Assembly (NCBI GenBank): GCA_964247055.1
Contig: OZ176053.1
Coordinates: 2,108,001-2,172,000 of the forward strand
Reading direction: 5' to 3'
Length of the DNA: 64,000 bases
Origin: Paragordius varius
Lineage: Eukaryota > Animalia > Nematomorpha
In this document: in pieces, positions 27,474 to 38,849 of the stretch
Layout of the letters: each line of letters begins with the position of its first letter
How positions within the stretch are numbered: the stretch's first letter is position 1
Position numbers and translations under genes: made by a program
The notes under the pieces: generated by a model
The model's input: the letters and a program-made list of their open reading frames with translations, nothing else
Told to the model about the DNA's origin: nothing
The model's database searches: none

Positions 27474-27629
27474 TAATTTTTTAAGTGATGGGCAAACAGT
27501 GGTTTTGAAAAATAAGTTTAAACAAAATTAGCAATTTATTAGATATGGATTTGATTTATAGAATAATAAAAAATATTTGAGTATAATTTATTATTAAATA
27601 TATCCATTATATATTCCATCAAATGCAAT

Positions 27630-30380
27630 TCATAATTCAACCATTCTCACTAAAATTAATATTATTAAAACTAGGAGATGTTATACTTGATTCCTCCATA
27701 TAACCTTAAAATAAGTAGAAAAAAGTCATAAACTAAAAATATTTTACCAGTCAATACATTGATTCGTTCTTCGCATTTATAGTTATATGATATTAGCAAA
27801 GCAAAGTTTTAAACGCAATCTAAAATTCCTTACCCATTAAATGATCCCGAATGTCTATTGAATTTAAAAATAGTTATAAAAAAATTTAGAATTAATTTAA
27901 TTTTGTAATATATTTGCATTTTAATTCTTTTAAATAACCGTTTAAAATTTTGAAGTCATACTAACCAAGATAAATATCAAAAAACTTTACTTTACGAAAA
28001 AAGGGGCGTTCAGTTACAAATAACTGTACAAATAAATGTTTGACAGACGCTATATACAAATTTTTAATAACGATTTATAATTAAAAAAAACATTTGGAAA
28101 GGGCTAATTTTTTTCGTTTAATATCAAACCATTTTGGTATTTTAAATTTTTAAAATAAAATAATTGATTTAGTTTTTTATCAAGAAACTTATCTAAAAAA
28201 GTGTAATTAAACGTATTTGATTTAACAAAAAAGGGTCATATATTTAATTTGGTGAATGCATATTCCCTTATACCAAACAAATATTTATCAACAAAGTTTC
28301 GACGGTTAAGAATTTATTATTGAGACTCCCTTTCCCTTATAACGATAGCTAGCCTTAGAGTATGCACTTAAATGGTTGCTTATTTCACACAATAGTTGGG
28401 CAATTTACAATACACAATAATGTATGGAAAAAACAACAAAATGATGAATAACAATTATTTCCTTTCTTTTTTCCATACACTCTTGTATTGCAAAACACCC
28501 TACAATAGTGTGTGAAATAAGCAACCATTAAAATGCATACTGTATATTTAACTATGCTTAAAAGGATGATATTATCATACCGATAATAACGCACTATTCT
28601 ATTTATGAGGTTCTAATTAAATTAGCTACACATTTATATATGATTCTAGGTTGTAGGGGCCGATCATATGTAAAAAAAATTATTTTTTTCTAATTTTCAT
28701 TTAGATATGATATGATATTTTATGTAATATGAGTATTTAATGATAAAAAATTAATAATAATAATTGATAATCAATTAGAAATGTTCATTCTTTGGCAAAA
28801 GGTATTCACCAAAAAAATAATTTTTTTGTCCAAGGGCCGTTCAACATATATTTTTGTTAAAAATATAGCTTAGACGCATTAGCAGATATTTATACTTAAA
28901 ATAATTCCATCAAAAAATTAAGTAAATATTTCAGCGTTCCAAAGAAAGCATTTTTAGGGCCACGGTTTAAATACTACTGCTAGGTATGCTAAAATTGCAC
29001 GACGCTAAAATTTTGTAATTAGCAGACAAGGAATTTAAGTAAATTACCTATTAATTCGGTCTCTGGAGCTAAAAATAATTTATTAGATTAAATAATATAA
29101 CATTAATATTCAAAAGTAATAAAACCTACCGGTAGAATATGATGACATTTCTGTATAGATAAATAATTTTAAATTTAAAATCTTTTTTTTTGGATATTTC
29201 AAATTTATTTTCTGACTAAGTTCTGAAAGACACTTGTAAATATTGCTAATTACTATATCATAATCAAATTTAAGCTGTAAAATGTTTTTCTTTTCACTTT
29301 TACGTTCGATCTGAATAAATTAAATTCATGGAATTTACAAATCGTTTAAAGGGGCAAATTCACCTGCCAAATATAAGATTAAGATATAGTAAAAATTGTT
29401 ATTATACTGACAAAACGTAAAAATATAAAGAAATATTTTCTAAAATGAATGATTTTTTATAAATCTTGATTTAATCAACTGATTGTTTGAAACAAACTAT
29501 GAAATAGAGATGTATATTGGTACAATCAATTATTTATTTTACAATTGTAATAAAGGGAAAAATTAAGGGGTAAAAAGGGTGTTTGTCTTTAGAAAAAAAT
29601 ATTTATTTTTATTTTTTCTTTTTGTCCGTATACTTTCAATTTTTACTGTAATTAATAACTATATTTTAAATTTTCTTTATATTAAAGGTTTGTTTAAGGC
29701 TGTTTTTATATAAAACATTAAAAAGCATTAATTTATTATTATTAAAGGACCATAATATAAGATCTGCACCATTTTAAAAAACTTTTTTAAAAAAGCAAAA
29801 AATTAAATAACTTTAATGAAACCGATTGAAAGCGCAATGCTTACTCCTAAAACGGTTTCCAATAAGGCTAATATTTAAGACAAAAGCAGTTTTGATTCAG
29901 ATCTCTGGTATTATTTATTTAAACTAAAGATTTCACAAATTAAAACATTTTAACGCATGCTATTTAGTATGTCATAAAATTTTTTAAATACAAAATAAAT
30001 TACCATCTAAAGATTGCTCCAATTCTATATTTAATAAAAGATAATTTATAATTTTTTTATTTGGATTTGTAAAACAGATTGTTTAATCAAATTAACCACC
30101 TAATAGTAATGTCCAAAGTTAATTTATATTGCGCTAATTTTTACCGCTAAAATTTGCCCCAAAAATTTTATTAAATTAAAAGCCACATTTTTGGAATATG
30201 AAATTTATACCTTCGGTAAATTGATTAATTTCTATATTATAGTTAAATTTCAAGTATAAAATGTTAAAATTCCAATTCGTAAATAAACCTTCAGACATTC
30301 TTGATAATTCTAAATTTTATAAACTATATCATCAATAGAGCTACCTTGGAAAAAATCTAATTTTTTGGTTTAAATTAAGG

Positions 30381-30417
<37 letters not shown>

Positions 30418-33400
30418 AATTTTTAATTACTTCGTTCTATATATTCTGCACACATTTCTATGTAATTACAAATCTACCTTCATATATTGTTTGCAATTCT
30501 TAAAATGAAGAATCAGATATTTTTTGGCAATTATATGTAAAAACAAAGAACTCTAAAAACAGAGGTGTCCAACACGCGCCTCTTCGAAATATTCTGTCCG
30601 GCCTACGAAAAAATTGAAGATTTAGAATTTGAAATTTATACACACAAAATCTTAAAAAATGATATGTCTTACAACACTTTTTATAGTTTAGCTTCCAACT
30701 GGCAGCCAACTAGAAAAAAGTCTTATATTCTATTTGTAAAATCTTTTGTTTAAAATTTAATAAAATATTTATGAATGCCCATATATATATATATATTTAG
30801 TAAAAACTGAAATTATACGAAAACGTTAAAATATAACTAAAAAAACCATACTTTTTTAATCCTTAGTTTTTCGCTCATAAATTATATATTTACAATTTTA
30901 AAATACATAATTTATTGTGTCACCAATATAGATATCAATTCTATAGTATGCAATTTGAAACAATGGGTTCTATTTATAAATGAAGCTTGCAAAAGTATGG
31001 ATGTCTTTTGAAAAAAATTGTGATTATATTTTAACGTTTTGTCCTTTTCAGTTTTTACTGTATATCAAATGCGGCCTGTAAAGCCATTTGTGTTGGACAC
31101 CACTGTCATTAAAAGATATATATTACCATTAAAAAGCCCTTCGCCTATATTTACCCCCCAAAAAATTTTATATTTTCTGCAATCAATTGATCAATACCAT
31201 ATTTTCAAAAAAATACCTGGACCGATAATCACTATTAATCAAATAATGGGAGGTTTTTTTATAAAAAATTTTTCTTTGAATGAGCATTTAGAATGTTTTA
31301 TAAAATACTTTGACTTATGGCGATAAATCGATCTTGGATTGCATTCACATCTAAACATAGGTTTAAAAATAGTACTATAATTTGAAGCAATCAATTTTTT
31401 AAAAAAATTTTACAGTAAAAATTGAAGCATAAAAACTAGAAGGCAAATATTTTTTTAAGTCAAATATCATAAACTATTTAATCATCCTCCTATTAAATTA
31501 TATATTTGTGTGTATAACTAATATATACTTTGCAAATTACAATGAGTTCTATTTTAAAAAACAGCCTGTTTACAAAATAATGGTTGTCTTTTAAAAAAAT
31601 AATATTTGTCTTTTCATTTTTACGTTTTGTCCGTATAATTTGACATTTTACTGTATATTTTTAAATTTATAGTATACAAGTAATTTAATTAACAATTGAA
31701 TTTTTAATAAAAAACTAGACATATCATAACAATTTTCTTATACAAATATATACCATTTACACTTTAAATTCACTCTTAAACAATTCAAATTCACCCTTGA
31801 AAAATTCATATTCCCCCTAAAAATAAATTATGTTTTTTTAAGATTAAAATTACCTTATTTTTTAAAAATAAAATTTTGTTTAAAATTAAAATTATACTTA
31901 AATATTAATTAACTAAGCCTTAAAGATATAATATATTAATAATGAATTATATTAGCTCGAAAACACATAATTTTTTTTAATTGTTCAAGAGTGAATTAGG
32001 ATTGTTCCAGGGTGAATTTGAATTGTTCAAGGGTAAATATAACCTTTTATAAAAATTTAGAGTCCTAATGTAAAATGCGGTATTGACAATTTTAAGTTTA
32101 CTAGAAAATATGGCACTATAAACAGTAAAAATCAAAATTGTACGGACAAAATCTGAAAATAACAGAGATAATAAACAATCATTCTTTTTAAATCTTGAAT
32201 TTTTTATTGTTTTAAATTGCAAAATATAATATGGATATGTGAAATGGTAAGACAATCAATGATGTATTTTACGATTGTAATAAATGATTTTTATAGGTAA
32301 ATCAATGTATAAAAAATATAATTGACTTAAAATTTTTTTTTATATTTTCACGTTTTGCCCGTACTTTTTACTGTAAGTATGAATACATTGCGCACCCCAA
32401 ATGGTTTATAATAAAAATTATGTTATAAAAAACTTACACCATCCACCAATGTAATTGCCTATTGTCATATATCCACATTTTATTTGTCATAATTTGCATA
32501 ATATAAATAAATATCCAAATTTAAAATTAAACTGCATTATAAAAAACTAGAAATAGAAAAGTCAATGCTATATATTGAGAAGTTTAATCTCAATATAAAA
32601 AATCACCTGTTTCAGAGGCGTAGCTAATGGAGGGAGGGGGGCTGACTGGAAGCATTAGTTAAAGGGACGCCGGATTTCAAAAAAAATTAAACTCTATTTA
32701 AAGAAAAATAGGTAGTTAAAAGTTATTATTTTAAATAATACATCAAAAATCACACCCATTTATAAGTACGTTGTTTGAATTTTATCATATTTTTAAACAC
32801 CGGGTGCCAGAAATGCAAGCTACGCCTCTGACCAGTCATTGAGACAAATGTGATTACTTAATCGTTCAACGATTCTTCTTTGATTGATAATGGCTAAAAA
32901 AAGAATGAAACATTATTATTATGTTTTTATCAATATTTTTAGCGCTGGCTTTATAATATTTTTTACTGTAAAAAAGGAAATTTATTAATTTATATACTAC
33001 CCTGAGATATAATTGGTTGAGTTGGTGAAGTTTCTGAAGCAATAGATATGGAGTTTTGTCTAGAGACTTTAAAAAGTAGTTAAAATTTAGTTTTGATAAT
33101 ATGAGATTAAGTTAAAATCAATTAATAATTATTTAATCAGACCTGACGACTCCGTTGGATAATGCCTAGTGAAACTTCTGCCTACACTGCTAGAATCTAA
33201 AAATTAAATGTTCTTAATTCTTTTAGACCTACAAATGTGAAAACATTTTATATAAGATACTTATTAAACAAGGTTTAGACATAATATTACAATTAATCTT
33301 ATGGGAATTGTATATTTAAAGTCAAGCTCAATTCAAAATGACAGAATTGTGTTGTAACTATCGGGTTTGCCTGAGCAAACGCAAAATCTTAGGTGCAATA

Positions 33401-36400
33401 TAATTTTTTTCAAATTTAAGGGATTTAGAAATTTTTAATTGTAATGTTTATATAATTTGGAAAAAATCAGCCCTAGAGAAATGCAATAAAATAATTTTTG
33501 CGAGTTAAGACAAATATTTACCTGAATTCGAAGTGGACGTTGAAGAAAAATCCGAAATAGTGTTAATTGAATCAGAAGCTATATATATTAATATTGAATC
33601 AGAAGCTATATATATTAATATTGTATGGTATTATTTTTTCATAACAATTTATCAATATATTAAACACCATAGATTGTTTAAAAAGGATCACCATGAAATG
33701 TTCAAGAATGCCTTGAGGTTTAAAGTATTAATTAAACAATATGCTACATAGATTTTAAGTATTTAAAGTATATGCACATTTACATTAATATCAATTGACA
33801 TTATATTTTCGGTCTATTGAAAATACAGTAGCATATGAATGCCCTATCTTACATCTACAATATTATTTAATTATGGAAATTCGTTTTATATCATATGTTA
33901 CTGTATTTTAACAATTCAAGATTTATGTGCATATTGTATTTCGATTAAAAATTGTTATTGAAAAGTATTTTGAAACCGGAAAAGTTATTAAAACTATAGG
34001 CGCTTAAAAAATTTAAACATAATTAATTGTCACATGTCATTATGATACAGGTCCTTATGTTTGTCGACACATGTTTAAGAATATTTTGTGCATTTTTTGA
34101 GACAAATTAATCAAAAATAAGATATAATTTAATTGGTGTAAATATGACTAATATGTATATACACTGTGTGAAAAAAGGGGTTAATTTTTTTTAATAAAAA
34201 AGTATTTTTTAATGAGATAGCTTATAACCAGCAAATCCATTTGACGCAAAATTTTTATTGTTGGCGACTTAATTTTTGAAATATTAAGAGAAAATTAAAA
34301 TTGGGCAAAAGTGAAGATTAAGGATAATTCAAAAAATAATGATAAAAATGAGATATTATGGTTTATTATCCTTTAAAAGATACTTTCAACATATAAATAG
34401 CCTAAACCCATATAGTTAGGGTTTGCATAAAATCTCATTAAAAGCTGCGTTATTCTTTTAACATAATAAAAAGAAAATTTTTTATGAAACTTAATTAAAA
34501 TAATTTATTAATTATTTACTAGTTAAACTCACTATTTAAATCTTAACACTCATATTTTATTCAGAAAAAAAACTTATACATCAAAAGAAAATTAAAAATT
34601 ATTGTTTTTTGTTTTTACATTTTTTTGTCATCTGATTTATGAGTGTACAAAAAATTTATACTGTTTCATTTTGGAATCTTACATGGAGAATCATAAAGTA
34701 TATAATTTAGAAAAATAAGATTTAAAAGTAGTGGCATATCAACCAACATTCCTTACAAATACGTGTAACATGTAACACAAATTAATATTTTTACTGGAAT
34801 ATGTACGGATTTTTGATTAATTTACCACTACTTGTAAATCCTATTTTATATTAATTTATATACTTTATAATAGCCGCTCATGTAAGATTCCAAAATAAAA
34901 CAGCAGTAAATTTTTTGTACACTCTAAACCAGATGACAAAAAATGAAAAAATTAAAAACAATATTTTAGTTTTTATTTGAAATAGCCGCTCATGTACGAT
35001 TCCAAAATAAAACAGCAGTAAATTTTTTGTACACTCTAAACCAGATGACAAAAAATGAAAAAATAAAAAACAATATTTTAGTTTTTATTAGAAAAATAAA
35101 TTTTTTTTACTAAAAATATAAATTTAAGATTTTAATAGTGAGAATAATTAAAAATATTTATTTTAATATAGTTTGATAAAAAATTTTTTGTCTTTTAAGA
35201 TGTTAAAGGAAAAACGCCATCTTTTGAAATGACATTTTATATAAACCCAACTATATGATTTTAGGCTATTAATATGTTGAAAGTATCTTCTAAAATGATA
35301 ATAAACCATAATATTTCAAATTTTATTATTTTTGAATACCCTTAATTAGCTTTAGTTTTTACTTTTTGCCCGATATTGATTTTTTCTCAATATTTTAAAA
35401 CTAGGTCGTTAAATAAAAATTTTACGGCAATCGAATTGGCTGGTCATAAGCTATCTCATGAAAAAAATTTATTTTGTTTAAAAAAATTGATATAAAAACA
35501 AAAAATATTTGTATTTTTACGTTTTACCTGAATAATTACAAATTTTATCATATTATTAAATAAAAATATAATTAATTACCAGAACTGGTAAATACCGACA
35601 TTGGTATAGAATTAGCCACAACTAAATAATATATGTTAAGATTTTATTAAACCTGTCGCACTAAGACTGCTGGCCGATGTTAAGACGGGTGATATTGTAG
35701 TTATCAAAATATTTCCCGCCACGATTCCAGATACTTTTTTTGAGAAATAAAAAGATATTTATAAGAAAAAAGGGAAGAATAAACCTGCCACAGTTCCTGT
35801 AAAATTTAAATTTTTTATAGATAATTTGTTATGTTGATATGGTATAATAATATTATTTACCTATAGTTAAACCTATATATATAGTTAATTTGTATTTTTA
35901 TAACATGAAATTTTTTACCCAACTCTATATCTAAAAAAATTAATAATTAGTTTAAAATATTTTCCCGTAATATAATAAAGATTTGGTCTACTGTCAAGAA
36001 TGGAGGTAGAATCGTGTGGATTATTGGAACTAATGCTAAATTATGCGAAAAAGCCATTTACAATAAGGAATAATAACGAAATTGGCTTCTAATAAAAAAT
36101 AAAAATATTTTTTCGATTGGTGAATTATTTAACAGCTCCTTTATAAAGGACCTAAAAACACCTCTTTATTGATAATTTGTGAATTAAGGATAAGATTGTA
36201 AAACCTATTTAAAATCATTCGAAAAATCCTAATTCTCAAAAATATCATAAATACATTACCAAATAATTAACATTATAACTACAAATATATCGCTAATTTT
36301 TGATAAAATATTGTCAGATACCATTTACAGTAAAAAGACAATTATTATTGGTTAACATAAGGAAATGTGCTGAATTTTGTTCTCTTTTTACTGTAACTTC

Positions 36401-38444
36401 CATCTGGCATTATTCAAAGTGTTTATCTGGCTACGCAATTTTACTCAAACTTTATGTTAAATAAATACTCAAAATTGTTAAATAAATACTGAACATTCAA
36501 ATAATGTTACTTGTTTAGCCTGATAATAGTAAACATTCTTTGATCAATCTGATGTTGGGGCCCTTCAAATAATCGATTGGATGATTGAGAAACTGTTTGA
36601 TTATATTTATCCACCAGCTTTAATATAATGTTGGTTATGTTCGTTTCTAAATTACATATATTCATATTTAAAAGATGCAAAAATATTGCGGTTATTGATT
36701 AAATTAAACATTACATTTTTGGCTTAATTCATATAATTGATAAATAAATGATTTTTAGATTTTCGGTGTGACCAGAGATGGTTATGGCTTCAACCGATTC
36801 CAAATAAATACCTGTAGTTTTTTACGGTTATTAGTTAATCTTGACAGATGTGTTTGATATATAAAAACAATTCAAACTATAGAAATCGCATAATGTTATT
36901 TTTACGCCATTAAATCCAAAATTAATTGAAAATATAAAATCGCTCACATATTTTTATGAAAAACTGCAATAATATATTTTTGTTAATATCACATGAAATG
37001 TTCAATTTTTTATCTCCTTATTTTAACGGAAAATATTTATAACTAACCGTTAGTATGGTATAATCGATTTGATAAAACTCTTTTAAGTTCTATAAATAGA
37101 TGTATTAAATTTAAGTTTACTTGAAAGAGTAGGAGGAGCTTTAAGCGATGTTTCGTCTTCTACATTTTTGAGTTAAGATGTAAATATATTTTTTAAAAAC
37201 TTAATCTGATTAAATTATTAACAATAAAAATTAAAATTATACAGACAAAACTTAACATAAGGGTAAATATTTTTTTAAAAGGTATTTTTAAGCCTTAATT
37301 TTCCACGAGTCATGATAAAAAAATTAGGCTTGAAAAAATACAGCTGTCCTTAGAAAAAATACTTATTTTAACTTTTTGTCCGTATAATTTTAGTTTTTAC
37401 TGTATATGATAGAAAATTTACTAAATTTTTCAGTCTGGACAACTTCCATAATTTTATTAGATTTTATATCACCCAAAACAATTTTATTGTTATAGACTTT
37501 TTCGTAATTCATAGGTTGCATATTGTTTGGTATATCATTGGTTTCATTATTGTAATATTCCAAAAAGTGATTTAAACCTAAAATATTTGATTAGAAAATA
37601 AAACTAGGGAAAATACCATTAAAATATTTAAAATTAAAAAATATTTTAGTAGGCAATCAATTTTATTTTGTAATAAGTGTGTTGAACTTTACTTTCGATA
37701 AATTTATATTTTTGTTTAGATTTGATCAGGTGATTTATCAAATATAATGATCTATCCTTTATTTATGAAAATTTTTTTTACGTTGGTATAAATATTTGGT
37801 AAAGAATGGAAAAAACAAGAGCTCTATGGTAGATCTCATACTTTTTTGATGAATATGATATTGTTAATACCATAGAGCTCTTGTTTTTTCGATTCTTTAA
37901 CAAATATTTATACAAACTTAACGAAAGAAAATAAATTTTGAATAAAATAAAGGATACATGACTGTATATCGTTTCCGTAATTACAGTAAAAATTAACATT
38001 ATACGGAGAAAACGTAATTTTTATTTTCAAAAAACCGCTGTACTTTTTTAAACTTGATTTTTTTCAATATAACTCATTCTTTTTAAGTGCTAATTAAGAA
38101 ATATGAAATTTTGTAAATAAAAATTATATAATTATATGGCAAAAATCAAGGATTGAAAAGTATGGTTGTCTTTAAAAAAAATTTTGTCTATATATTTTTA
38201 CGTTTTGTCCGTATAATTTCAATTTTTACTGTAATTTTTTTAATACCAAAAAATTGATAGCATATTTAAAAGCATGCTTCAAAATTCAATCAAATTTAAA
38301 AAAATTCAAAAGTTTTAAATTTAAAATTTATATTTAGTCGCATCAATTAAAATTAATTTGGAGTTTCTTAGATAAGGCACAAATTTATTATTTACCTGGC
38401 TGAATTATGATATGGATAAATAGTAAAAGTTTAGACGCATCCAT
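27630..38444 (-). CDS. Putative micro-exon gene (MEG-like), about 40 exons, about 467 aa, secreted or membrane protein of no recognised family
   Basis: Hand-built model, all GT-AG, frame open throughout. Exons 5'->3': 38444-38396, 37577-37473, 37442-37422, 37159-37121, 37089-37048, 36811-36773, 36646-36511, 36430-36392, 36292-36260, 36228-36205, 36151-36134, 36088-36062, 36035-35992, 35930-35919, 35872-35861, 35796-35785, 35733-35653, 35621-35580, 33578-33522, 33196-33143, 33066-33001, 32893-32858, 32458-32438, 31350-31309, 31231-31217, 31144-31127, 30498-30478, 30457-30431, 30356-30345, 30309-30289, 30231-30211, 30024-30004, 29867-29823, 29150-29130, 29068-29048, 29004-28975, 27854-27834, 27768-27748, 27704-27687, 27649-27630. 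Exon 1 encodes MDASKLLLFIHIIIQP(G), and an AATAAA lies about 40 nt after the stop. Individual exons, especially 36811-35992 and 29867-29823, are uncertain. Confidence 0.65.
28358..28542. mobile_element. MITE family E (CAGTATGC...GCATACTG, TA target)
   Basis: TIR AGTATGCACTTAAATGGTTGCTTATTTCACAC / GTGTGAAATAAGCAACCATTAAAATGCATACTG. Confidence 0.8.
29387..29648. mobile_element. MITE family A
   Basis: Family A TIRs at both ends. Confidence 0.75.
30385..30415. repeat. (TA)n microsatellite
   Basis: Pure TA run. Confidence 0.9.
30560..31105. mobile_element. hAT-type MITE (family G) with a nested family A MITE
   Basis: TIR CAGAGGTGTCCAACAC / GTGTTGGACACCACTG (15/16 match); a family A copy lies inside it. 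Confidence 0.65.
30798..31060. mobile_element. MITE family A
   Basis: Family A TIRs; nested in 30560-31105. Confidence 0.75.
31413..31653. mobile_element. MITE family A
   Basis: CAGTAAAAATTGAAG ... CGTTTTGTCCGTATAATTTGACATTTTACTG with TA flanks. Confidence 0.7.
31751..32035. mobile_element. MITE family B
   Basis: TACCATTTACAC...TTCAAATTCACCC units at the left, GGGTGAATTTGAATTGTTCAA units at the right. Confidence 0.75.
32123..32373. mobile_element. MITE family A
   Basis: Family A TIRs. Confidence 0.7.
32613..32830. mobile_element. hAT-type MITE (family F), complete
   Basis: Perfect 13-bp TIR CAGAGGCGTAGCT / AGCTACGCCTCTG; 8-bp flanks ACCTGTTT / ACCAGTCA match at 5 of 8 positions. Confidence 0.75.
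33568..33621. repeat. 27-bp tandem duplication covering a minus-strand splice acceptor
   Basis: TGAATCAGAAGCTATATATATTAATAT is present twice. Confidence 0.85.
34205..35467. mobile_element. Foldback-type palindromic element (family C), copy 1
   Basis: The left half is an imperfect reverse complement of the right half (TGAGATAGCTTAT.../...ATAAGCTATCTCA; ATAGCCTAAA.CCATATAGT/ACTATATGATTTTAGGCTAT). It contains a 112-bp tandem duplication at 34869-35092. Confidence 0.75.
36328..36393. mobile_element. 66-bp mini-MITE with CAGTAAAAAGA/TCTTTTTACTG termini
   Basis: 11-bp TIR flanked by TA on both sides. Confidence 0.65.
37222..37402. mobile_element. MITE family A (internally deleted)
   Basis: Family A TIRs with a short interior. 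Confidence 0.65.
37776..37975 (+). repeat. Hairpin-containing interspersed repeat (family D), copy 1
   Basis: About 43-bp stem, 37789-37831 pairing with 37868-37910, followed by a shared tail ending AAAGGATACATGA; homologues at about 50025 and 59545. Confidence 0.8.
37984..38231. mobile_element. MITE family A
   Basis: CAGTAAAAATT...TTTCAATTTTTACTG with TA flanks. Confidence 0.8.
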
Positions 38445-38849
38445 TTTACTTATATACTATGTAAATTTGAAAACATAATATATGGCTAACGCAAGAATAA
38501 AATATAGTTATAAATTAGGTGCAAATATAATAAACAGTATTTTGAGGGCATTTTGGCTATGAACTTTTAATACTCTGTTAATTGATATCGGGAAAAAACA
38601 AAAATATTTTTGTTTTGATATCAAACGTACGCACTCTATATTTAGAGTTCGATCGCAATATCAAATGTCCATGTAAAATTTTTAATCAACCTTTGAAAAA
38701 AAACACATCGAAACAAAAAAATTATTTTTTGTATCATTTCAGGGTGCAAGTCAAGTTCTTGATTTTTAGATACAAAAAAAATCATGCTAATAATATTGAC
38801 TGGGTCTTTTTACATTATATAAAGACTGTGTGCAAAATTTTTTTTACTG

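Noticed and set aside
28385-28594. Short track ORFs such as 28385-28594, 31977-32255, 37778-37999, 43233-43472, 56156-56450, 61713-62283 and 13606-13812
   Set aside because: They lie within MITE or foldback copies and translate repeat sequence; no protein family is recognisable.
35517-35527. Terminal exon (GKT-stop) ending the micro-exon gene early
   Set aside because: The sequence resembles a family A MITE remnant, and compatible phase-1 exons continue downstream; it remains possible as an alternative end.
36260-36324. ATG at 36324 as the start of the micro-exon gene (MVSDNILSKISDIFVVIMLIIW)
   Set aside because: A better signal-peptide exon with a strong phase-1 donor exists at 38444, with compatible exons in between; an internal start cannot be excluded.
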